Below are positions 37,806 through 47,444 of a stretch of 64,000 nt of DNA, in pieces (position 1 is the first letter of the stretch; each line of letters starts with the position of its first letter). Made by a program: the position numbers and the translations under genes. The notes beneath the pieces are model-generated. The model worked only from the letters and a program-made list of their open reading frames with translations. It ran no database searches and had not been told where the DNA came from. This DNA comes from Squalus acanthias (Eukaryota). The DNA is taken from assembly GCA_030390025.1 (NCBI GenBank), contig JASTWF010000034.1, positions 992,001-1,056,000 on the forward strand, written 5' to 3'.

Positions 37806-38300
37806 CAGGGGTGAGGCCATGGTGGGATTTGAACATGAGGAGGAGAATATTTAAATCGAGTTGTTGCCGGATCGGCAGCCAATGTTGGTCAGTGATCACA
37901 GGGGTGATGGGTGAACGGGATATGATGTGTGTTAGGATAGGGGCAGCAGAGTTTTGGATGAGCTCTAGTTTATGGAGGCTTGTTACTGGGAGGCCGGCCA
38001 GGAGAGTATTGGAATAGTCGAGTCTGGATTTAACAAAGGCACGGATGAGGGTTTATGCAGCAGAAGGGCTGAGGTGGAGCGGAGATGGGTGAAATTTTGG
38101 AGGTGGCAGTCGGCAGGAATGGTGATTCAGAGGATATGAGTTCGGAACTCAGTTCAGGGACAAAAAGATCGCAGAGTTTGCAAACAACCTGGTTCAGCCT
38201 CAGACATTGACCAGGGAGGGGGACTGAATCGGTAGATAGAGAATGGAGTTTGTGACCAGGACCGAAGACAATGGCTTCGCTCTTCCCAAGATTTAAATGA
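37806..38300 (-). mobile_element. L2 LINE fragment
   Basis: Colinear with 44615-45100. Confidence 0.75.
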
Positions 38301-38541
38301 CAAACAGTAATTCAGTGAAACGTGATTTACAGACACAATTTCTGGATACAGAGACTTACTGGGACACCAACAGCAGCAAAGAATGAAGAATAGTAATACA
38401 GTTAGCAAAGGTTTGCAGATTTAATAGCTGGATAGAGAGACTTACCTGGAACAACAATCGCACCAAGGAGGGGAGAGTAAATGACACGAACAGTAATACA
38501 GTAAAACATGGTTAACAGAATAGCTGGATAGAGAGACTTAC

Positions 38542-38722
38542 CAGGCACACCAACAGCAGCAAGAAGGGGATAGTAAATGTATTGAATAATCCGAAGTGCC
38601 AACAGCATCCGATTGTCTAATGACATTTCATCATAATAGACTGAAAGAAAGTAAAACTCCAAGCTGAAACTCCTGCCCATTGTTGTAGCATTCCAATCTA
38701 CTGTTGTCAGATTCTGATCCAT
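38542..38722 (-). CDS. GPR139-like GPCR exon 1 (glycosylated N-terminus and first half of TM1)
   Basis: MDQNLTT...IQYIYYPLLAAVGVP then G|GTAAGT donor; 181 nt, phase 1; splicing to 11913 gives VGVP-V-NLVTIVILSRGKCGLS and a 360-aa ORF. Alternative ATG at 38680. Pairing with exon 2 is inferred. Confidence 0.85.
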
Positions 38723-38849
38723 TGTTGTAACATTCCAATCTACTGTTCTCAGATTCCGACTCCCTCTCTGTGGAGCAGCGCGCTGATCCCTGTTAGTGCC
38801 GGAGGTGATGCTCTCACTGACACTATGGATAACACATTGAAAGGAGTCC

Positions 38850-39020
38850 CTTATTAATTGAAGAGGGAAACCCTGCACTGATACAATTAGAGTCCATGGA
38901 GACTGACATTAATTACAGTCACTAAACAAACAGCTTCAGTTAACCCGTGGAGACTGACATTAATTACAGTCACTGAACAAACATCTTCAGTTAACCCCTT
39001 TCAATCCAACACTTTTTATA
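38850..39020 (-). promoter_or_regulatory. Putative GPCR proximal promoter with a 51-bp duplication and four TAATT(A/G) homeodomain motifs
   Basis: TAATTG 38855, CAATTA 38884, TAATTA 38910 and 38961; duplication 38897-38997; minus-strand TATAAAAA at 39013-39020. Confidence 0.45.
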
Positions 39021-39034
39021 CCACAGTAAAGTAG

Positions 39035-39703
39035 AACATTTACGCGCTCCGGATGGGAAGTATGAGGATTGCTGAGGGAAGGAATGGTGGAAATAGCGCA
39101 GGCTCTGGCCAGAATATTTCAATCATCATCGGATATGGGAGTGGAGCCAGAGGACTGGAGGGTTGCAAATGTTACACCCTGCTTAAAAAAGGAGAGAGGG
39201 ATAAACCCTGTAACTGCAGGACAGTCAGCCTAACGTCAGTGGTGGGGAAACACTAGAGCCCATATTCACAGAGAAAAGTATCTGTCTTTGGAAAAAACAT
39301 GCATTAATAAATGACAACCAGCACGGATATATTAGCGGCAAAGTGTGTCTGACAAACTTGATTAAGTTCTTTGATGAAGTAACGGAAATGGTTGATGAGG
39401 GTAGTGCGGTTGATGTTGTGTATATGGACTTTCAAAATGCATTTGATGAAGTGCAATTGAATAGACTTGTTAGGACCAAAGGGACAGTGGCAGTGGGGAT
39501 CTGACATTGGCGAAGGGACAGAAAACCGGGAGTAGTGGTGAACGGTTGTTGTGCAGACTGGAGGGAAGTGTACAGTGGTATCCCCCAGGGGTCGCTATTC
39601 GGACCACTGCTCTTTTTGATATACATTAATGATATAGACTTTTATATACACACAGAGCGGGATAGTAGTAGGCTTCAGGAGGACATAGGCAGACTGGTGA
39701 AAT
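39035..39703 (+). mobile_element. Decayed CR1 RT fragment
   Basis: Degenerate VTPLLKKG, MDFQNAFD and SGIPQGS motifs. Confidence 0.8.
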
Positions 39704-41380
39704 GAGCAAAGTGATGAAAGGTGCCGTCGACAGTGCTATTATGTGGCACTTACTCACTAATAACCTTCTCACCGATGCCCAGTTTGAGTTCCGGCAGGAC
39801 CACTCGGCTCCAGACCTCATTACAGCCTTGGTCCAAACATGGACAAAGGAGCTGAATTTCAGTGGTGAGGAGAGATTGACTGCCCTTGACATCAAGGCAG
39901 CATTGGACTGAGTGCGGCATCAAGGAGCCCCAGTAAAATTGTGTCAATGGAAAGCAGGGGGAAAACTCTCCACTGGCTCGAGTCATACCCGGCACAACGG
40001 AAGATGGTTGTGGTTTTTGGAGGTCAATCATCACAGCTCCAGGACATCGCTGCAGCAGTACATCAGGGCAGTGTCCTCGGCCCAACCATCTTCAGCTATT
40101 TCATCAATGACCTTCCCTCTATCCTATGGTCAGAAGTGGGGATGTTCGCTGATAATTGCTCAGTATTCAGTTCTATTCACAACTCCTCAGATAATGAAGC
40201 AGTCCATGCCCGCATGCAGCAAGACCTGGATGACATTCAGCCTTGGGTTGATAAGTGGCAAGTAATAATGACACCAAACAAGTGCCAGGCAATGACAATC
40301 TCCAACAAGAGCCACATCCCCTTGACATTCAATGGGATTACCATCGCCAAATCCGTCACCATCAGTATCCTGGGGGTTTCCATTGACCAGAACCTTAACT
40401 GGACCAGCCACATAAATACTGTGGCTAAAACAGCAGGTCAGAGGCTGGGTATTCTGCGGCGATTGTCTCACCTCCTGACTCTCCAAATCCTTTCCACCAT
40501 CTACAAGGCACAAGTCAGGAGTGTGATGGAATACTCTACACTTGTCTGGATGAGTGCAGCTCCAAAAACACTCAAGAAGCTCGACATCATCCAGGACAAA
40601 GAAGCCCACTTGATTGGTAGCCCATTCATCACCATAAAGGGGTAGAGAGGGTGGTAAAAAGGGAGGGTGTCGCGGTATTGATTAAAGAAACTATTACAGC
40701 TGTGAGGAGAGATGACATGTTGGAGCGATCATTAAACGAGGCCATATGGGTCGAATGGAAAAACAAAAAAGGGGCGACCACATTGCTGGGAGTGTACTAT
40801 AGACCCCCAAACAGTGAGAGGGAGATAGAAGAGCAAATATGTCGACACATTTCTGAGAAGTGCAAAAACTATAGGGCAGTAGTAGTAGGAGATTTGAACT
40901 ACCCCAATATTAACTGGGATAAGCTGGGTTTGTTTTCCTTGGAACAGAAGAGGCCGACTCCTGCTCCTACTTCTTATGTTATGTTCTTAAACATTCACTC
41001 CCTCCACCAGCGTAGCACCGTGGCTGCAGTGTGTACCATCTACAAGATGCACTGCAGCAACTTGCCAAGGTTTCATCGGCAGTACCTCCCAAACATGCAG
41101 CCTCTACCACCTAGATGGACAAGGGCAGCAGGAGCATGGGAGCACCATCACCTGTAACTTCCCCTCCAAGTCACACACCATCCTGACTTGGAAGTATATC
41201 ACCATTCCTTCATTGTCGCTGTGTCAAAATCCTGCAACTCCCTCCATAACAGCACTGTGGGAGAGCCTTTCCATCACCGACTGCAGCGGTTCACCACCGC
41301 ATTCTCAAGTGCAACTAGGGATGGGCAATAAATGCAAGGCGTGCCAGCGATGACCACAGCCCATGAATGAATAAAAAAGA
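39704..41380 (+). mobile_element. Second non-LTR LINE family (CR1/L2 group), RT plus 3' end; likely partner of the SINE
   Basis: ALDIKAALD, VHQGSVLGPTIF, MFADN, YKAQVRSVMEY; tail AGGGATGGGCAATAAATG...CCCATGAATGAATAAAAAA shared with the SINE. Confidence 0.85.
40639..40990 (+). mobile_element. Short internally deleted CR1 nested in the LINE above
   Basis: Endonuclease segment (GVAVLIKE, YYRPPN, GDLNYP) joined to KLGLFSLEQ and then the CR1 tail. Confidence 0.75.
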
Positions 41381-41429
41381 AAAACAAAATAGATGGCAGA
41401 TGAAATTCCATAAATTGCATAGATTTTAG

Positions 41430-42882
41430 AACGTTTGCCGCGGATTGGAATGTAGCAAATGTAACCCCAATATTTAAGAAAGGAGGGAGAGAGAAAACGG
41501 GGAACTACAGACCAGTTTTCCTGACATCAGTAGTCGGGAAAATGATAAAATATATTAAGGACGTAGTAACAGGGCACTTAGAAAATTATAATAGGATTGG
41601 GCAGAGTCAACACGGATTTATGAAAGGGAAATCGTGTTTGACAAATTTGTTAGAGTTTTATGAGGTTGTAACTAGCGGAACAGATAAGGGGGAGACAGTA
41701 GATGTGGTGGATTTGGATTTTCAGAAGACATTCGATAAGGGGCCGCACAAGAGGTTATTAAACAAAATGGGATTGGGGCTAATATTCTAGCATGGGTTGA
41801 GGATTGGTTAACGGACAGAAAACAGAGAATAGCAATAAACGAGTCATTTTCGGTTTGGCAGGCTGTAACTAGTGGGGTACCGCAAGAATCAGTGTTTGGG
41901 CCACAGCTATTTACGATATATATCAATGATTTGGATGAGGGGACCAAATGCAATATATCCAAGTTTGCTGATGATAAAAAGCTGGGTGGGAATGTAAGTT
42001 GTGAGGAGGATGCAAGGAGGCTTCAAGGGGATATAGACAGGCTAAGTGAGTGGGCAAGAACATGGCAAATGGAATATAATGTGGAGAAATGTGCAGTTAG
42101 TAAAAATAGTGAAGCAAGGTATGTTTTAAATGTTGAGAGATTGGGAAATGTTGGTGTTCAGAGGGACCTGGGTGTCCTTGTACATGAATCACTGAAAGGT
42201 AACATGCAGGTACAGCAAATAATTAGGAAAGCAAATGGTATGTTGGCCTTTATTACAAGAGGATTTGAATATAAGAGTAAAGACGTCTTACTGCAATTAT
42301 ATAAGGCCCTGGTGAGACCACACCTGGAGTATTGTGTACAGTTTTGGTCTCCTTACCTAAGGAAGGATATAATTGCCAAAGAGGGATCGCAACGAAGGTT
42401 CACCAGACTGGTTCCTGGGATGGGGGGATTGTCCGATGAGAACAGATTGAGTAGACTAGGCCTATGTTCTCTAGAATTTAGAAGAATGAGAGGTAATCTC
42501 ATGGAAATATATAAAATTCTTACAGGGCTTAACAGGGTAGATGCAGTGAGGATGTTTCCCCTGGCTCGGGAGTCTAGAACAAGGGGTCACAGTCTCAGCA
42601 AAAGACGTCGGCCAGTTAGGTCCGAGATGAGGAGAAAATTCTTCACTCGGAGGGTGGGGAATCTTTGCAATTCTCTACCCCAGAGGGCTGTGGATGCTCA
42701 GTCGTTGAGTATATTCAAGACAGAGATTGAAAGATTTTTGAATATTAAGGGAATCAAGGGATATGGGGATAGTTGAGGAAAGTGCACTTGAGGTAGAAGA
42801 TCAGCCATGACCTTATTGAATAGCGGAGCAGGATCGATGGGCCAAATGGCCTACTCCTGCTCCTATTTCATATGTTCCTATT
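41430..42882 (+). mobile_element. 5'-truncated decayed CR1 (RT to tail)
   Basis: ORFs 41542-41790 and 41892-42776 match ORF2, including FADD. Confidence 0.93.
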
Positions 42883-42889
42883 TTCTAAC

Positions 42890-43348
42890 TCTCAATATCT
42901 ATCCCTGTCTTTCTCTTCCCTCTGCCTCTCTCAGCCTGTCTGTCTCTCTCTGGCTGTCTGTGGCTCTCCCCCTGACTTTCTGTCTCTATTTCTATCTCTC
43001 AATCTGCCCACTCTCATTGTTTCTATTTCTCTGTGTCTGTCTGACTCTCTCTATGGCCCTCTCTATGGCCCGCTCAATGTATCCCTGATTTTAATCACTC
43101 CACCATTGGTGGCCATGCCTTCAGCTTCCTGGGCCCTAAGCTCTGGAATACTGTCCGTAAACCTCTCTGCCTCTCTCTCCTCCATCAAGACGCTCCTTAA
43201 AAATTACCTCTTTGACCAAACTTTTGGTTATCTGCCCAAATATCTCCTTATGTGGCTCGATGTCAAATGTTGTTTGATAAACTCCTGTGAAGCGCCTTGG
43301 GACGTTTTACTACGTTAAAGGCGCTTTATAAATATAAGTTGTTGTTGT
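42890..43348 (+). mobile_element. CT-rich tract followed by an L2 3' end with (TTG)n tail
   Basis: Matches the reverse complement of 44248-44500. Confidence 0.7.
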
Positions 43349-43359
43349 GCTTTGCTTAT

Positions 43360-44008
43360 CTCCAATTTAAGAATTAACAATTAACTTTACGCCATTGTTT
43401 ATTGGCTATCATACCGAATTTAACAATAAACTGTGACAGTTTTACACTGTGTATTGGTTATCATACCCAATTTAACAATTAACTGAGACAGATTTACCCT
43501 GTGTATTGCATATCATACCCAATTTAACAATTAACTGGGACAGTTTTACATTGTGTATTGGTTATCATACCCAATTTAACAATTAACTGTGACAGTTTTA
43601 CCCTGTGTATTGGTTAGCATACCCAATTTAACAATTAACTGTGACAGTTTTACATTGTGTATTGTTTATCATACCCAATTTAACAATTAACTGTGACAGT
43701 TTTACCCTGTGTATTGGTTATCAAACCCAATTTAACAATTAACTGTGACAGTTTTACCCTGTGCATTTGTTATCAAACCCAATTTAACAATTAATTGTGA
43801 CAGTTTTACCCTGTGCATTTGTTATCATACCCAATTTAACAATTAACTGTGACAGTTTTACCCTGTGCATTTGTTATCATACCCAATTTAACAATTAACT
43901 GTGACAGTTTTACCCTGTGTATTAGTTATCATACCCAATTTAACAATTAACTGTGACAGTTTCACCCTGTGTATTGGTTATCATACCCAATTTAACAATT
44001 AACTAACT
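43360..44008 (+). repeat. 52-bp AT-rich minisatellite (CCCAATTTAACAATTAACTGTGACAGTTTTACCCTGTGTATTGGTTATCATA), about 12 units
   Basis: CCCAA at 43466 and 43518, etc. Confidence 0.93.
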
Positions 44009-44247
44009 TTATTGACTTGTGTATTATTTATCAGGTCAAATTTAAATAACTGTAGCACTGGTTTCCCCTCTGTTGCTTAATGTGTCAATTTTTACAAATA
44101 ATTGAACGTTCTGAATAAAATAATAAATAAGACCAGGAGTAGGTCCTGCGCTGCAAACTGTTTATTAGTTTTCATGTCCAATTTATCAATCAACAGTGCC
44201 TTCGTTCCTCGGTGTATTGGTTACCACTTCCATTTTAAAACCACCTC

Positions 44248-45287
44248 AACAACAACAACAACTTGTATTTATATAGCGCCTTTAACGTAGTAAAACGTCC
44301 CAAGGCGCTGCTCAGGAGTTTAAGACACAAAATAGGCTCCGTTCCACAGAAGGATAAATTAGGGCAGGTGACCAAAACCTTGGTCAAAGTGGAAGGTTTT
44401 AATGAGCGTCTTCCAGGAGGAAAGAGAGGTAGTGAGGCGGGGAGGTTGAGGCTGGGAATTCCAGAGCTTAGGGCCGAGGCAACAGAAGGCACGGCCACCA
44501 AATGTTGAGCGATTATAATCAGGGATCCTCAAGAGGGCAGTATTAGAGGAGCGCAGATATCTCGGAGGGGCTGGCTGGGGAGTGGTTGTGGGGCTGAAGG
44601 AGAGTAGAGATAGGAAGGGGCGAGGTCATGGAGGGATTTGAAAACAAGGATGAGAATTTTGAAATCGAGGTGCTGCTTAACCGGGAGCCAGTGGAGGTCA
44701 GCGAGCACAGGGGAGATGGGTGAACGGGACTTGGTACGAGTTAGGACACGGGCAGCCGAGTTTTGGATGACCTCAAGTTTACATAGGGTGGAATGTGGCA
44801 GGCCAGCCAGGAGTGCGTTGGAATAGTCAAGTACAGAAGTAACAAAGGCATGGATGAGGGTTTCAGCAGCGGATGAGATGAGGCAAGGGCGGAGACGGGC
44901 GATGTTACGGAGGTGGAAGTAGGCGGCCTTTGTTATGCTGCGAGTATGTGGTCGGAGGCTCACTTCAGGGTCAAATATTAAACCAATGCTGTGAACAGTG
45001 TGGTTCAGCCTCAGACAGATGCAAGGGAGAGGGATGGAGTCAGTGGCTAGGGAACGGTGTTGGTGGCGGGGACCAAAAACAATGGCTTCGGTCTTCCCAA
45101 TATATAATTGGAGAAACTTTTGGCTCATTCAGAACTGTATCTCGGACAAGCAGTCTGACAATTTAGACACTGTGAAGGGGTCGAGAGAAGAGGTAGTGAG
45201 TTAGAGCTGGGTGTCGTCAGCGTACATGTGGAAACTGACTGTGTTTCTGGATGATGTCACCAAGGGGCAATGAGTAGATGAGAAATC
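44248..45287 (-). mobile_element. L2 LINE 3' portion
   Basis: ORF 44529-45128 (AYFHLRNIARLR, LDYSNALLAGLP, LHWLPV); (TTG)n tail. Confidence 0.9.
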
Positions 45288-45424
45288 TCTCGCTCTATTC
45301 CCCTCTGTGCTGGTTGTCATGTTCAAGTTAACAATTAATGATAAATTTATTGCCCTGTGTCTTGCTGATCAAGCCCAATTCACCAATTCACTGGATCTTT
45401 ATTCCACTGTGTATTTGTTATCAG

Positions 45425-47022
45425 GGAGAGCCAGCCCAGATTTGTTGAAGGCAAATCGTGTTTGACTGAACTGATTGAGAGTTTTGATGAGGTAACAGGG
45501 TTGATGAGGGCTGCGTAGTTGATGTTCTGTATCCAGACGTTCAAAAGGCGTTTGATAAAGTTTCACATATTAGGCTTGTTAGCAAATTGAAACCCGTGGG
45601 ATAAAAGGGGCAGAGGCAGCATGGATACAATTTGGATCAGGGACAGAAAACACAGAATTGTGTTGAATGGCTGTCTTCGGGCTGGAGGGAAGTATGTAGT
45701 GGAGTTCCCCAGGGTTCAGTACTGGGGTATGGAGGGAGGTATACAGTGGAGTTCCCCAGGGTTCAGTACTGGGGTCTGGAGGGAGGTATACAGTAGAGTT
45801 CCCCAGGGTTCGGTACTGGGGTCTGGAGGGATGTATACACTGGAGTTCCCGAGGGTCCAGTAGTGGGGTCTGGGTGGAGGTATACAGTGGAGTTCCCCAG
45901 GGTCCAGTAGTGGGGTCTGGTGGAGGTATACAGTGGAGTTACCCAGGGTTCAGTACTGGGGTATGGAGCGAGGTATATAGTGGAGTTCCCCAGGGTTCAG
46001 TACTGGGGTATGGAGGGAGGTATACAGTGGAGTTCCCCGTGGTTCAGTACTGGTGTCTGGGGGGAGGTATACAGTGGAGTTCCCCAGGGTTCAGTACTGG
46101 GGTCTGGGGGGAGGTATACAGTGGAGTTCCCCAGGGTTCAGTACTGGGGTCTGGGGGAGGTATACAGTGGAGTTCCCCAGGGTTCAGTACTGGGGTCTGG
46201 GGGGAGGTATACAGTGGAGTTCCCCAGGGTTCAGTACTGGGGTCTGGGGGGAGGTATACAGTAGAGTACCCCAGGGTTCAGTAATGGGGGCTCCATCTAC
46301 TTTGGAGCTTACTATGATAGAACCGATTACTTTGTAATTGATAAAAATCTTAAACAGTGGAGGTCCAAAGAGACTTGGGGGTCCATGTACACAGATCATT
46401 AAAATGTCATGGCCTGTGACAAAAAATAATCAAAAAGTCTAATGGAATGTTGGCAGTTATATCTAAAGGATTGGAAGATAAGCGGTCAGAAGTTATGCTG
46501 CTGCTCTACAAAGCCCTGGTTAGACCGTACTTGGTGCATTGTGAAAAGGTCTGTGCAGCACACTTTAGGAAGGATATCTTGGCCTTGGAGGTTTACCAGA
46601 ATAGTACCTGGACACCAAGGATTAAATCACGAGTGGAGATTACACAAACTAGGGCTGCATTCTCTGGAATTTAAAGCATTCAGGGCTAATTTGATCAATG
46701 TTTCAAGATATTAGGGGGAAGTGAGAGGTTGATAGAGAGAACCTATTTCCGCTGGTTGGGGAGTCTACGAATAGGGCCCAAAGTTAAAAATTAGAGCCAG
46801 CCCTTTCAGGAGTGAAATGAGGAAACACTTCTACATACAAAGGGTGCGAGAAGTTTGGAACTCTCTTCCGCAAACGGCAATTAGTGCGGGATCAATTGTT
46901 AATTTTCAACCTGAGATTGCTAGATTGTTGTTAAACAAAGGTATTCAAGAATGTAGGGCAAAGCTTTGTATAGGGAGTTAGTTCGCAGATCAACCAAGCC
47001 CTCCTACCCTTGCTCCTATGTT
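45425..47022 (+). mobile_element. Decayed CR1 with an internal tandem expansion
   Basis: RT motifs on both sides of the array; tail CCTTGCTCCTATGTTCC. Confidence 0.85.
45680..46292 (+). repeat. 46-47-bp G-rich minisatellite derived from the CR1 RT motif EVYSGVPQGSVLG, about 13 units
   Basis: GAGGTAT at 46064, 46111 and 46157; translation repeats the RT motif. Confidence 0.93.
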
Positions 47023-47444
47023 CCGAGAAACAGTCTGGTTGAGCCTCAGACAATCGCCAAGGACAGGAATGGAGTCGCTGATTAGGGAATGGAGTTTGTG
47101 GCGGGAACCGAAGAGAATGGAATCAGTTTTCTCAATATATAGTTGCAGGAAATTTCTGCCCATCCGCTGTGCATTGGTTACCATGCCCAAATTAACAATT
47201 AACTGCATCTTTATTACAGAAAACGCTGGAAAAACTCAGCAGGCCAGGCAGCATCCGTGGAGTGAGAAACAGAGTTAACGTTTCAGGTCATTCTTTATTA
47301 TCTTATGTGTTGGTTATCCACTCCAATTTAACAATTAACTGCATCTTTATTGCTCTGTGTATTGGTTATCGTTGCAAATTGGCCAGGGAATAAATTGAGG
47401 TACAGAAGAGGAGTATAAAGTGAGAGGAACTGCAATTACACTTT

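Noticed and set aside
38723..38878. Upstream extension of exon 1 (MQGFPLQ...)
   Set aside because: It starts at a GTG in promoter-like sequence; ATG 38722 has a good Kozak context.
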